DNA of 62,786 nucleotides from Candidatus Zixiibacteriota bacterium (GCA_040235515.1 JBECKX010000064.1:1-62786); one strand, 5' to 3'. Positions 45,075-55,398 are shown, numbered from the stretch's first letter. A program made the numbers and translations. Notes: a model not told the origin generated them from the sequence alone.

Positions 45075-47459
45075 GTGGTACAAGCAGTTGCCGAAAATGT
45101 AAAACCTCAAATTGTTAATCAAAAGATGTTAATTCTCCCGGTCCGTGGGATTGTCGTATTTCCCTACCTGGTGATGCCGATGATCATTGTTGATCAGAAA
45201 CAGGCGAAACTGGTGGACGATGCGCTACTCAATAACGAAACAATCGGTGTCTTTACTCAGAAAGAGCAACAGACAGCCGACCCCGGCTTCGACGATCTCT
45301 ATGAAGTCGGTACCGCGGTCTCTGTTCTTAAGATGCTACGGTTCCCCGATGGCTCGGTGCGATTCCTGGTCCAGGGACTCAATCGAATAACGATCAAGAA
45401 GATTCTACAGGAAGAGCCGAATCTGGTCGCCGAGGTTGAAGCACACGAAGTGCAGGAAGTCACTTCCGTCAAGATCGAGGCGCTACGCCGCAATTGTCTC
45501 GAACTGGTGAAGAAAATCGTGGATATGGCTCCGAGTATTTCGGAAGAGATCTACATCACTGCGCTCAATCAAGAGAGCCCTTCCAAGCTGGCGGATTATG
45601 TTGCTTCCAACCTGAATCTCACGATCCACCTGAAACAGGAACTACTCGCTACTTTCGATCTCCAGCAACGGTTAGAGTTGCTGATCCAGCACCTCAATAA
45701 GGAGGTTGGCGTGCTGGAGCTGTCGCAGAAGATTCAGACAGACGCTCAAGCGGAGATGGGCAAGATGCAGCGCGAGTATGTGCTGCGCGAGCAGTTGAAG
45801 GCGATCAAGCGCGAGTTGGGAGAGGACGATGACCGTGCCAACGAAATCAACGAATTCAAGCGAAAGATAGAAGAGAACAACCTTTCTGAGTTTGCTCGAG
45901 AAGCCGCAGAGAAGGAACTCGATCGGCTCGCCAAAATGAATCCGTCGGCGGCAGAGTACACGGTTAGCCGAACCTATCTCGACTGGCTGGTTACTCTTCC
46001 CTGGAATCGCTCAACGGAAGACCAGCTTGACATCAAGCATGCTACCAGTGTGCTCAACGAGGATCACCATGGCCTCGACAAGGTCAAAGACCGGATTCTT
46101 GAGTTCCTTGCCGTCAGGAAATTGAAAGCTGAACTGAAGGGACCTATCCTTTGCTTCGTCGGCCCTCCGGGAGTAGGAAAGACATCTCTGGGTCGATCGA
46201 TCGCCCGCGCGATGGGTCGCAAATTCCAGCGCATTGCCCTGGGCGGAATGCACGATGAGGCGGAGATCCGAGGACACCGCCGCACCTATATCGGTGCGCT
46301 TCCGGGCAGGATCATCCAGTCGATCAAGCGTTGCGACTCCAATAACCCGGTTGTGATGCTCGATGAGATAGACAAAATCGGCAAGGACTTCCGCGGCGAC
46401 CCGGCGTCGGCGCTGCTCGAAGTACTTGACCCGGAGCAGAACAACAGTTTCTCCGATCATTACCTCGATATACCGTTTGACCTCTCGAAGGTAATGTTCA
46501 TCACGACGGCAAACATCCTGGAGACGATCCCATCGGTCCTGCTTGACCGTATGGAAGTGATTCGGATCCCGGGCTACACCGAGCGGGAGAAACTGGCGAT
46601 TGCCAAGCAGTATCTCGTACCGCGCCAGATTGAGAATCATGGCCTCACGAAGAGCAACCTGAAATTCCGAGATGACGCGATCCTCAAGGTGATTCGCGGC
46701 TACACACGTGAATCGGGTTTGCGCAATCTGGAGCGTGAACTGGCAAAGATCAGTCGCAAGGTTGCCAAGCAGGTAGCCACAGGCGAAAAGAAAAGCACGA
46801 CCGTGAATTCGACGAAAGTCGTCGAGTACCTGGGACCAGAGAAGATCGTCTCGGAGCGTATCCCGCGCGAAGGTGAGGTTGGAGTTGTGCCGGGACTGGC
46901 TTATACGTCAGCGGGTGGCGACATAATTTACATCGAAGTCACCAAAATGGCAGGGAACGGCAAACTGACTTTGACCGGACAGCTCGGCAACGTGATGAAG
47001 GAATCGGTACAGACCGCGCTTTCTTGCGTCAGGTCAGCCGCAAAGGAACTGAAGATAGACCCCGGCCAGTTTGACAAGGTGGACCTGCACGTGCATGTCC
47101 CGGCCGGCGCGGTCCCGAAAGATGGCCCCTCAGCAGGGATAACAATAGCCACAGCGTTGGTGAGCATGTTCACCGACAAGCCGATCAAACCTAAACTGAG
47201 CATGACCGGCGAGATTACCCTGCGCGGCCTGGTGCTTCAGATCGGCGGACTCAAAGAGAAATGCCTGGCGGCGTTGAGGTCGGGGTACAAAGAGATCATC
47301 ATCCCGAAGGACAACGAGAAAGACTTGATCGACTTGCCCGGTGAAGTGAAGAGCCATTTTACGTTCCACCCGGTGGAGCGTATCGAGGAAGTCTTCAAGA
47401 TCGCCTTCAATACCTCGAAGAAGCCGAAGAAGAAATCACGCAGACGCGCGAGCCGCTAG
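45075..47459 (+). CDS. lon: ATP-dependent Lon protease (LonA)
   Basis: 794 aa, GTG start. LON N-domain. Walker A GPPGVGKTS. Sensor and Arg-finger regions. Protease domain PKDGPSAGIT (catalytic Ser) and GGLKEK (Lys). Lys/Arg-rich tail. Confidence 0.97.
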   Translation: MVQAVAENVKPQIVNQKMLILPVRGIVVFPYLVMPMIIVDQKQAKLVDDALLNNETIGVFTQKEQQTADPGFDDLYEVGTAVSVLKMLRFPDGSVRFLVQGLNRITIKKILQEEPNLVAEVEAHEVQEVTSVKIEALRRNCLELVKKIVDMAPSISEEIYITALNQESPSKLADYVASNLNLTIHLKQELLATFDLQQRLELLIQHLNKEVGVLELSQKIQTDAQAEMGKMQREYVLREQLKAIKRELGEDDDRANEINEFKRKIEENNLSEFAREAAEKELDRLAKMNPSAAEYTVSRTYLDWLVTLPWNRSTEDQLDIKHATSVLNEDHHGLDKVKDRILEFLAVRKLKAELKGPILCFVGPPGVGKTSLGRSIARAMGRKFQRIALGGMHDEAEIRGHRRTYIGALPGRIIQSIKRCDSNNPVVMLDEIDKIGKDFRGDPASALLEVLDPEQNNSFSDHYLDIPFDLSKVMFITTANILETIPSVLLDRMEVIRIPGYTEREKLAIAKQYLVPRQIENHGLTKSNLKFRDDAILKVIRGYTRESGLRNLERELAKISRKVAKQVATGEKKSTTVNSTKVVEYLGPEKIVSERIPREGEVGVVPGLAYTSAGGDIIYIEVTKMAGNGKLTLTGQLGNVMKESVQTALSCVRSAAKELKIDPGQFDKVDLHVHVPAGAVPKDGPSAGITIATALVSMFTDKPIKPKLSMTGEITLRGLVLQIGGLKEKCLAALRSGYKEIIIPKDNEKDLIDLPGEVKSHFTFHPVERIEEVFKIAFNTSKKPKKKSRRRASR

Positions 47460-47631
47460 CTCACTTTAGAGATCAGCTGACACGCAGACTGCGCGTGGCT
47501 CCGGACCACCTGCAAAGCTGGAGTTTATCAGGTAAACGGCAGCGGTGATACTGGTATCCCCGCTGCAGTCGGCATCGATAGTGACTTCCCTCTATTGCTC
47601 AAATAGCAAAATGTAGTAACTTGAGTCGCCT

Positions 47632-49179
47632 ATGAAACTCGTGACTACCGAACAGATGCGTGCCATTGACAGACGCGCAATCGATGAACTGGGGATACCG
47701 GGCGTTGAGTTGATGGAGAATGCGGGTAAGGGAATTGCGGCATTCGTCCGGGACACGATTTTCGGCGGGAGGGTCAGCGGAAAGCGGGTAGCCATTTTTG
47801 CGGGCGCCGGCAACAATGGCGGTGACGGGTATGTGATCGCCCGCTGGCTAGATAGCTGGGGTGCAGTGGCACATCTATTCCTGCTGGTTGACCGTGCAAA
47901 GATACAGGGGGATGCGCTGACGAACTTGGAGCGCCTGAAGCAGACTTCGGTGGAGATCAGCGGCGCCGATCAACTTCCAGACGTAGAGGAATTGGGGGAT
48001 TATGATTTGCTGGTGGATGCCATCTTCGGCACTGGATTCCGCGGTGAGGTACGTGAACCGCAGGGATCGACCATCGAGAGGATGAACAACTCCGGCGTTC
48101 CTATCCTTGCGGTCGATACGCCTTCCGGTGTCGACGTCGACGCCCGGAGGGTCGCTGGAGTCGCCGTTACAGCCTCGTATACTGCCACCCTTGCTCTTCC
48201 AAAGCTGGGGCACTTCTTCCATCCGATTCGTGGGTACTGCGGCCAGATTGAAGTGATCGATATCGGAATCCCGGATGAGGCGGTTGCAGCCGAGGGGATT
48301 TTGACAACGCTGGTCACCCCGGAATTGGTGCGTAAGTGGATACCTGCGAGACGTCTCGATAGCCACAAAGGTGATAGCGGCAAGCTCTTCATCGTTGCCG
48401 GCTCGGTCGGACTAACAGGGGCTGCCACTTTGGCGGCCGAATCTGCCATGAGGGCCGGAGCAGGTCTGGTCAAAGTCGGGATTCCTGAAAGCTTGAATGA
48501 TATACTTGAAGCAAAGTTAACTGAGGCGATGACGCGCCCTCTTCCCGAGCTGAAAAAACCGCGTTGTCTGGCACTGCGTTCATTAGGAGTGATCCTGGAA
48601 GAGATGAAATCTGCGGATGCACTCTGTATTGGTCCGGGGCTGGGACGACACCATGAGACGCGTGAATTGGTCAAGCGGTTGCTCAGAAAGCTCGACCGAC
48701 CGGCGGTGCTTGATGCCGACGGGCTTTTTCCCTTCAGCGGCGAACCGGATGAGCTCTCCAACTGCCGCGCACAACTGGTCCTTACACCGCACATCGGCGA
48801 GTTTGCGCGTTTGACCGGAAGGTCAACTGATGAGATAGAGGGCAATCGAATCGAGCTGCTACGCGAATATGCTGCGGCAATCGGCAAAACGGTCCTGCTC
48901 AAAGGTTCACCGACACTGATTGCCAACGCTGACGGCGAGGTTTACCTCTCCCCGACGGGTAACCCAGGAATGGCGACCGGTGGCTCGGGGGATGTGCTCT
49001 CGGGTGTGATTGCGGCGTTGCTGGCCTACCGCGTCGAACCAACCAGTGCTGCCGCCGCGGGGGCCTACCTGCACGGATTAGCGGGCGACCTGGCGGCATC
49101 CGAGTCTGGCATTTTCGGCATGATTGCGGGAGATATTTGCTCCTGTTTACCGGAAGCTTTCCTCGATATTTTGGAATAG
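47632..49179 (+). CDS. nnr: bifunctional NAD(P)H-hydrate repair enzyme (epimerase + ADP-dependent dehydratase)
   Basis: 515 aa. YjeF_N GAGNNGGDGYV. C-terminal carbohydrate-kinase-like HKGDSGKLFIVAGS...GPGLG...GSGDVLSG. Confidence 0.92.
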   Translation: MKLVTTEQMRAIDRRAIDELGIPGVELMENAGKGIAAFVRDTIFGGRVSGKRVAIFAGAGNNGGDGYVIARWLDSWGAVAHLFLLVDRAKIQGDALTNLERLKQTSVEISGADQLPDVEELGDYDLLVDAIFGTGFRGEVREPQGSTIERMNNSGVPILAVDTPSGVDVDARRVAGVAVTASYTATLALPKLGHFFHPIRGYCGQIEVIDIGIPDEAVAAEGILTTLVTPELVRKWIPARRLDSHKGDSGKLFIVAGSVGLTGAATLAAESAMRAGAGLVKVGIPESLNDILEAKLTEAMTRPLPELKKPRCLALRSLGVILEEMKSADALCIGPGLGRHHETRELVKRLLRKLDRPAVLDADGLFPFSGEPDELSNCRAQLVLTPHIGEFARLTGRSTDEIEGNRIELLREYAAAIGKTVLLKGSPTLIANADGEVYLSPTGNPGMATGGSGDVLSGVIAALLAYRVEPTSAAAAGAYLHGLAGDLAASESGIFGMIAGDICSCLPEAFLDILE

Positions 49180-49239
49180 GTTACAGGAACCTTCGCGGTG
49201 CTCCAGCCGTATATATGGTAGAGATTTGAGTGAGCGATT

Positions 49240-49374
49240 ATGACAAGATTACTTGCGATCATAAATGAGCTAGCTGAAGCTTTGGGAAAAAAATTTGGAG
49301 TCACGCCAACTCCGGCACTTGTTCCGGTGCGGGTGGATTTCAGAGTGAAACGAAAGTCTCATTATCAGCATTGA
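49240..49374 (+). CDS. possible 44-aa small protein (unsupported by homology)
   Basis: ATG...TGA ORF (MTRLLAIINELAEALGKKFGVTPTPALVPVRVDFRVKRKSHYQH) in an otherwise empty 395-nt gap, ending 35 nt before a strong terminator. Its SD is weak. Confidence 0.25.
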   Translation: MTRLLAIINELAEALGKKFGVTPTPALVPVRVDFRVKRKSHYQH

Positions 49375-49408
49375 GTCTGTGTTGAGACCGAGTTGCAATC
49401 CGAACGGA

Positions 49409-49445
49409 AGAGCGATCAATCGACAGTTGATCGCTCTACTTTTTT
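49409..49445 (+). terminator. rho-independent terminator
   Basis: AGAGCGATCAA-TCGACAG-TTGATCGCTCT, a perfect 11-bp stem, followed by ACTTTTTT. Confidence 0.7.
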
Positions 49446-49574
49446 ATGGTCGATTTATCCCTATCCCGCTTTTATCAGCAAATTGATTTGAACTAATCCC
49501 ACTTGCTCAACGTCCTGCCATTGGATAAGTTAGAGCGAACGCTCAAATGGTAGTTACCTTAAGGGTCAGGATAT

Positions 49575-50009
49575 ATGAACAAACTGAGATACTTACTCGT
49601 GATCGCCTTTGCTCTGGCGGCCTTCTGGGGTTGCAGCCGCAAGGGGGATGAATCACTCCCGCCAAGAGAAGGGAATCTGCTCGCCCAATTCACGATCCAT
49701 GAAGAGAGCAGTCATCTGGACAATCCGAGCAGCATTCCGGTGCTGGTCTCTCTCTACCGAGATACCCTGCACCAGATGATGGTGGCCTCCAAGAGCGTGA
49801 CTGCAAAGGATGACACGCCGGCGGAGGTATTGTTTGAGGACCTGCCGGTGGGGTTTTACTGGCTTGAAATCCTGGTCAACGAGTCGGGTCTTCCTGAGCA
49901 GTGCGACGATATCAGCGTCTACGTGCTACAGGATCTGACTTCATCGACCTCAAACCTGCAATACACGCTGCGTCAGGACTTCTGGGTTTGTCCCAATACA
50001 GGTCCGTAG
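49575..50009 (+). CDS. lipoprotein, unknown function
   Basis: 144 aa. Signal peptide with lipobox AAFWGCS. No recognisable motif. Confidence 0.55.
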   Translation: MNKLRYLLVIAFALAAFWGCSRKGDESLPPREGNLLAQFTIHEESSHLDNPSSIPVLVSLYRDTLHQMMVASKSVTAKDDTPAEVLFEDLPVGFYWLEILVNESGLPEQCDDISVYVLQDLTSSTSNLQYTLRQDFWVCPNTGP

Positions 50010-50063
50010 TGGTGACTTAGCGCAAGCCAACCATCCACTCACTGCCCTGGAATCACCGAGAAA

Positions 50064-50756
50064 ATGGTAGTTGAACTCCGCCAGAAACAACTCGCCGATG
50101 AACTGACCGGAGAGATTGAGAAGGCCGCGGCACGGAATGAGATTCTCCTGCCGGTAGGAACCGGTTCGCATCAAATCAGTTGGGAGAGCCGGAGGGAACC
50201 ACGGCGACTAAACCTGGCGGCATATTCAAGAATTGAGCGGCTGGCCAGGGAGGATTTCTACATCGTTGCCCAACCCGGGGTCAAGCTGGCGGAGCTGCAT
50301 GAACTGCTCAAGCAAGAATCGCTAAGATTCCCCTTTCTCACAGCAGGTTGCAGCGGGACGATCGGCGGTATGGTCGCCAGCGGGCGACTCCGAGCCGGAG
50401 AGCAATGGTGTGACATCTCGAGGTGGGTGCTTTCGGTGGAGGTTTTGCTGGCAGATGGTAGCGTTTCCCGATCGGGGGCGGTCACGTACAAGTCGGTCGC
50501 GGGCTACGATTTACCGCGCTTGTTTTCAGGCTCCTACGGGACTCTGGGTGTGATTATTGAGGCGTCACTCCGGCTCTACCCGGAATCGGCGCGCGCCTAT
50601 GGCAAAAATCTCGAACCGGTCAGGGGGCGAATTCCCCGGTTGACCACGGCGAGAGAAATACTGCCTGCAACTACGGTCGCAGCGAAAATCGGGCGAAAGC
50701 TCAAAGAGGGGCTTGACCCGCAGGGGATTTTTCCCGTAATAGCAGGCTGGAAGTAA
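50064..50756 (+). CDS. FAD-binding oxidoreductase, short GlcE-like form
   Basis: 230 aa. Collinear with the GlcE FAD_binding_4 region (VGTGSH, IVAQPGVKLAEL, TIGGMVASG, KSVAGYDLPRLFSGSYGTLGVIIEASLRLYP). Ends with GLDPQGIFP. No glcD or glcF is adjacent. Confidence 0.65.
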   Translation: MVVELRQKQLADELTGEIEKAAARNEILLPVGTGSHQISWESRREPRRLNLAAYSRIERLAREDFYIVAQPGVKLAELHELLKQESLRFPFLTAGCSGTIGGMVASGRLRAGEQWCDISRWVLSVEVLLADGSVSRSGAVTYKSVAGYDLPRLFSGSYGTLGVIIEASLRLYPESARAYGKNLEPVRGRIPRLTTAREILPATTVAAKIGRKLKEGLDPQGIFPVIAGWK

Positions 50757-50940
50757 CCACAGAGACTTCGGTGAATATGGTAATTGGCTGGAACGCCAAT
50801 CGGCGGAGTCGGTATAACCGTATAATCACGGTAACTCGTGGCTTGGCATGACAAAACTCGCGGAACGGTCTCAAAGCGACCGGGTTGGCGGGATTACGTT
50901 CAGGACCTATCCAACAGGAAACGGCTGCTATTAGCATAGA

Positions 50941-51453
50941 ATGATAAAACGAATTCTCATCATTGTTCTGCTCTCCGTCATTCTGGCAGGATTAAATAAC
51001 CTCGTTAATCCCAACAAGATTGAATGGGTGGGCTTTTGGCCCACAGTGACCGACTCCGATACGGCCTGGTTTTCTCCATCGTATGAGGAGGGTGACCCGC
51101 CGACATTGCTGCTGGAGCAGGCGTTTGACCGCTACGTGGATGGCAGTTATGTTTTCCTCGATGCCCGCGAGCCGATCGAATACCAGGAGGGCCACATTAA
51201 GGGGGCTTATAATCTCTCGTATGATTACTTCGAGGAACAGTGGGATTCGATCAAGACCTGGCTGCCAAAAGACACCTCTATCGTGACTTACTGTTCCGGC
51301 TCAGAGTGTGAGGCATCGCTCTACCTTGCGCGACTGCTGGTTGAGGATTACGGATATACGAATGTCGAGATATTCTTCGGCGGCTGGCGCATCTGGGAAA
51401 AACATAAGCTGCCGATCGAGGGTCACTATAGCACCGAATCGGAGGAGGAGTAG
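50941..51453 (+). CDS. membrane-anchored rhodanese-domain protein
   Basis: N-terminal TM helix. Rhodanese fold FLDAREPIEYQEGHIKGAYNL ... active-site loop YCSGSECEAS ... GGWRIW. Confidence 0.8.
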   Translation: MIKRILIIVLLSVILAGLNNLVNPNKIEWVGFWPTVTDSDTAWFSPSYEEGDPPTLLLEQAFDRYVDGSYVFLDAREPIEYQEGHIKGAYNLSYDYFEEQWDSIKTWLPKDTSIVTYCSGSECEASLYLARLLVEDYGYTNVEIFFGGWRIWEKHKLPIEGHYSTESEEE

Positions 51454-51456
51454 AAT

Positions 51457-52071
51457 ATGTCAAGCTCTGACTCCGGATCGTTGGTCTGCATGCGAGTGGT
51501 CGGACTGCTGCTCCTCGTAAGTGGAATCGACTATTTTGTCGGATTCCTCCCTGCGCATCCGTTGACTTCGACGCTGATGGCGATCGGTGCAATCGTACTG
51601 GGTGCCTGGGGAGTCGTCGGCGCTTTGCCCGACAAGTACGCTTTTATCCTGCGAATAGTAGTGGGCGCGACATTTGTTTACGCAGCCATCGATAAGATTG
51701 TGCACCCCGACCAATTCGCGAAGATCATCTATTACTACAAGATGATGCCGGGAGACCTGATCAATCTGCTGGCGTTGCTCCTCCCGTGGATAGAGTTGAT
51801 CTCGGGAATCCTCCTGATAGTCGGATTCTGGGAGAAGGCTTCCGCGGTAATCATTGCCGGCCTGCTCGTGGTTTTCCTGATTGCTCTCACCAATGCTTTC
51901 TTGAAGGGCATCGACATCAGTTGCGGTTGCTTCTCCACCACCACGCGCGTTAAGGGTGAGGTGCTGAGCTACATCTTCCGCGACATAGTTTTGATCGCGA
52001 TCGCGGGGATGATCGTATTCGCCAGAAAGAGTTTTCTTTCGCTTGAGCGCAGCAGCGCGGCGTCCGTTTAG
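51457..52071 (+). CDS. MauE/DoxX-family membrane protein
   Basis: 204 aa, 4-5 TM helices. ISCGCFS motif typical of the MauE family. 3-nt gap from the rhodanese gene. Confidence 0.7.
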   Translation: MSSSDSGSLVCMRVVGLLLLVSGIDYFVGFLPAHPLTSTLMAIGAIVLGAWGVVGALPDKYAFILRIVVGATFVYAAIDKIVHPDQFAKIIYYYKMMPGDLINLLALLLPWIELISGILLIVGFWEKASAVIIAGLLVVFLIALTNAFLKGIDISCGCFSTTTRVKGEVLSYIFRDIVLIAIAGMIVFARKSFLSLERSSAASV

Positions 52072-52138
52072 CAGCCGGGCGACAATCGTCGCTGCCAACT
52101 TGATATAGCTTCCCCCCAATCAAATCGCCAAACCTTGA

Positions 52139-54226
52139 CTAATTGCCCGGTTCGCTGCTGTCTGGTTGTTGCTGGCTGTTCAGATAGTCGCGCACTTCGG
52201 CGGCTTTGCGCTCGAACACAGATGCGTAGGGGGAGCCGGGGTAGGTGCGCAGGTAGGTTTCGAGGAACTGGAGTGCTTCGTGGTGCTGCCCTAACGCGGT
52301 GAGGGTGTTCGCGAAATTGGAGGCGGCCTGCGGATTGCCGGGATCTCGCTGAAGCGCACGCAACAGGTATTGGCGGGCATCGAGTGGTTTCTCCAATCCC
52401 AGCAGGGCGGCTCCCATGCCCACAAGGTACATCACTGAATTCGGATCCATGCCGAGCGCGATTCGTTCCTGGTACTCAGCTTCCTGATACCGTTGCTGGC
52501 TCATCAGGGCGACCGCATAGTTGTGGTAGACGGAGGAATTGTCGGGTGCAAGTTCGATGGCCCTGCGCAGGTAGGGCTCACCCTTGGCGAAGTCTCCCAT
52601 GCGAACATAGGTCATGCCGAGGTTTGTCTGCAGCACATAGAGCGTCGAATCGAGTTCCAGCCCCTTGATATTGTAGTATTCCGCCTCATTCAGATTTCCG
52701 CGATTCAACGCCAGTTGACCGAGATTGGAGAACATGCGCACGTGTGGACGGATCCGCACCGAACGCTTCCAGAGTTTTTCGGCGATGTCGGGATGACCGG
52801 CGAGATTCAGGTAGTTGCCCATCGATTCAAATCCGATCGCAGCCTGATTGCCACCGTAGAGCTCAAGCAAATCGACATTTCGTTCAATGGTGGTGTCGAA
52901 ATCGTCATTGACCATGGCGTAGGCGAGGAAAGAGGTAATCCCTACACTGACCACCGCCACACGTGCGATCCGCCCTAGCTGCATATCGTCGGAGTATGCC
53001 AAGGCTGCAACGGCGACGAAATTGAGTATCAGCCCTACAACCGAGAACAGGTCCCAGTCCAGCGCAAAGCCAAGTTCGGAATAGAGGAAGATGATCATCG
53101 CAACAGCCAGGGGAGCGGAGCCGGCGACATAGAGGACTTCCGGCTTCCTGAATGCCTTCCGGAAGTAGCTGTAGGTTGAGAGGCTGAGCAGCAATACCAC
53201 GGCGACGCCACCGGTCAGCATCAATTCGCTGTAGATGTCGGCGAAGTGCTGCATCGAGAAGAACGGATAGTTGGCGCCTTTCTCGGAAAGTCCGAAGACG
53301 AATTCCGTGATCGGCACACGCGGCAGCTTGGCAATGGCCGGCACGAGCGCAATGGCCGCGATCGAGAGCAGCATCACCGCGCCAACGGCGGGCCAGGCGA
53401 GGCGATTTCCTTTCTTATGCAGAAACCACGCCAGCACGAAGACGCTTGGCGCAAACAGCAGTGATTTGAAGTGGAACAACACGAGGAGCAACAGCAATCC
53501 TACCGGTACCAACGGTGTGAGCTCACCGCGGATTGACTTGATACCGGTGTATATGTAGAGCGCCACGAGGGCGGGTAGGAGCATATAAGTTTCTGAATAG
53601 CCGCAGAAGAGCAGGGTTGTCCCGGAGAAATAGAGGAGCAGGAAATAGAAGACGCGTTGCGCACGCTTGCGGGTTAGCTGAAAGATCAGCGGCAGCAGGG
53701 CATAGTAGTAGAGCACGCCGGACGCATAGCTGACCATGGCGATCGACTCCGAGGCAGAGAACCCGAATGCAGGCCCCAGCAGGTGATAGGCTCCGTAGTT
53801 GACCAGGTACGCGAGCGGCTCAGTCGGCAGGATGACAAACCCGGTCTCCAGCTCCCGCGCCCGCAGGATTCCATCACCAAGAAAGTGGTTGGCGACGGCG
53901 AAATAGTGAAACAGCCCGAGCAGGACGGCTGGAGCGATCAGGTAGATGAAGAGCCGCTTCAGCAGTTGCGGCAGGTCGACGGTTTCTGCAGCAATCATCA
54001 CTATAGCGGATACCGCCACACCGAGGATGATCGCCAGCACGTGCTGTGTGAGGTCGAGGTACTTGAGGAAGTTCACGCCCCACATGCTGTCAGGCAGGAT
54101 TTCCCCCGCTGCGTAAATCGCCAGGTAGATTAACGAGAGCGCAATTACGAAAAAAGCTGCACTGGAGCTTGCGGCTGCCGGCTCATGCTGTTGTGCTCTA
54201 TTTGATTTTGAATTCGGTTTAGACAT
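52139..54226 (-). CDS. polytopic membrane protein with C-terminal TPR repeats (PMT_2/DUF2723-like glycosyltransferase architecture, tentative)
   Basis: About 695 aa. 11 or more hydrophobic helices over the first ~450 aa, then about 6 TPR units (e.g. YNIKGLELDSTLYVLQTNLGMTYVRMGDFAKGEPYLRRAIELAP). Starts immediately after the ychF stop. Confidence 0.7.
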   Translation of the reverse strand: MSKPNSKSNRAQQHEPAAASSSAAFFVIALSLIYLAIYAAGEILPDSMWGVNFLKYLDLTQHVLAIILGVAVSAIVMIAAETVDLPQLLKRLFIYLIAPAVLLGLFHYFAVANHFLGDGILRARELETGFVILPTEPLAYLVNYGAYHLLGPAFGFSASESIAMVSYASGVLYYYALLPLIFQLTRKRAQRVFYFLLLYFSGTTLLFCGYSETYMLLPALVALYIYTGIKSIRGELTPLVPVGLLLLLVLFHFKSLLFAPSVFVLAWFLHKKGNRLAWPAVGAVMLLSIAAIALVPAIAKLPRVPITEFVFGLSEKGANYPFFSMQHFADIYSELMLTGGVAVVLLLSLSTYSYFRKAFRKPEVLYVAGSAPLAVAMIIFLYSELGFALDWDLFSVVGLILNFVAVAALAYSDDMQLGRIARVAVVSVGITSFLAYAMVNDDFDTTIERNVDLLELYGGNQAAIGFESMGNYLNLAGHPDIAEKLWKRSVRIRPHVRMFSNLGQLALNRGNLNEAEYYNIKGLELDSTLYVLQTNLGMTYVRMGDFAKGEPYLRRAIELAPDNSSVYHNYAVALMSQQRYQEAEYQERIALGMDPNSVMYLVGMGAALLGLEKPLDARQYLLRALQRDPGNPQAASNFANTLTALGQHHEALQFLETYLRTYPGSPYASVFERKAAEVRDYLNSQQQPDSSEPGN

Positions 54227-54229
54227 CAA

Positions 54230-55315
54230 TCAGACATTGAAGCGGAACAGCACGACATCACCATCCTGAACGATGTAGCTTTTCCCTTCAAGTCGAACCA
54301 GTCCCTGTTTCTTGGCTTCAGCATGCGAACCGGTTCGTTTCAAATCGTCGAACGCGACGACCTCAGCCCGGATGAAGCCGCGTTCAAAGTCCTTGTGAAT
54401 CACAGCAGCGGCTTGTGGCGCCGTAGCGCCCCGGGGAATCGTCCAGGCGCGCGACTCCTTCTCCCCGGCGGTAAGATATGAGATCAGACCGAGAAGCTCA
54501 TACGATTTCTTGATTACCAGATCGAGGGCGGATTCCTTGATGCCGAGGTCTTCCATGAAGGAAGCGCGGTCTTCATCGGGAAGTTGTGCCAGTTCCATCT
54601 CGATCTTACCACACAGGACGACCAGATCAACGTTTGGTTTCTCCTTGAGGCTTGCGAAACGTGTCGCAAGTTCATCGACGGAGCCGATATCATCCTCACC
54701 AATATTGATAATCAGCAGCATCGGCTTGATCGAGAGGAGCTTGAAGCCGCGGATGGTCTTTTCATCTTCGGGATCGATATCGACGCCGCGCAGAGGTTCG
54801 TTGTTCTCGAGATGGACCTTGATCCGATGGAGAACTTCAAACTCATGCTTGATCTTTTCATCCTTGGTGTGCTTCGCCTGCTTGTCGATCCGTTCGAGAC
54901 GGTTTTCGATCAGGATCAGGTCTGAGATCACCAATTCATCATCGAGGCCCTGCACGTCGCGGACGACATCGACCGACCCTTTCGGGTGGATAACCGATTC
55001 ATCCTCGAACGCGCGCACCACGTGAGCGAGCGCGTCGGCGTCGCGAAGAACCGAAGGCACCTCAGTGTCCGAGGCGGTCTCCTTGTCACCAGAGAAACCG
55101 GCAACATCGAGATACTCCACTTCGGCATAAGTTACCTTCTTCGAATTCTCGAGTTCAGACAACCAATCAACACGTTCATCGGGCACGAGAACGCGACCGC
55201 GATTGAAAGCACCCTTCTGGGACTGGAACGAGCCCACCTCTGCATTGCCGCGCGTTACGGCATTGAAGATGGTGGTCTTGCCTGAGAGCTGTAGTCCGAT
55301 AAGTCCGACAATCAT
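54230..55315 (-). CDS. ychF: redox-regulated ribosome-binding ATPase YchF
   Basis: 361 aa. P-loop GLQLSGKTTIFNA. TGS/YchF C-terminal signature GEKESRAWTIPRGATAPQAAAVIHKDFERGFIRAEV...GKSYIVQDGDVVLFRFNV. Confidence 0.93.
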   Translation of the reverse strand: MIVGLIGLQLSGKTTIFNAVTRGNAEVGSFQSQKGAFNRGRVLVPDERVDWLSELENSKKVTYAEVEYLDVAGFSGDKETASDTEVPSVLRDADALAHVVRAFEDESVIHPKGSVDVVRDVQGLDDELVISDLILIENRLERIDKQAKHTKDEKIKHEFEVLHRIKVHLENNEPLRGVDIDPEDEKTIRGFKLLSIKPMLLIINIGEDDIGSVDELATRFASLKEKPNVDLVVLCGKIEMELAQLPDEDRASFMEDLGIKESALDLVIKKSYELLGLISYLTAGEKESRAWTIPRGATAPQAAAVIHKDFERGFIRAEVVAFDDLKRTGSHAEAKKQGLVRLEGKSYIVQDGDVVLFRFNV

Positions 55316-55398
55316 AGGGCGGTAGTATATAGTAAGAGGGGCGGCGGGGCAAGCGGGGAAACGGAACGGTGGAGGAGCATCTCAATTAAATCGAGACG

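Noticed and set aside
48000-48926. 308-aa ORF antisense to nnr.
   Set aside because: It is Ser/Arg/Pro/Ala-rich, low in complexity and has no motif. It lies entirely opposite a gene with unambiguous Nnr motifs. This is the typical shadow ORF produced by GC-rich third codon positions.
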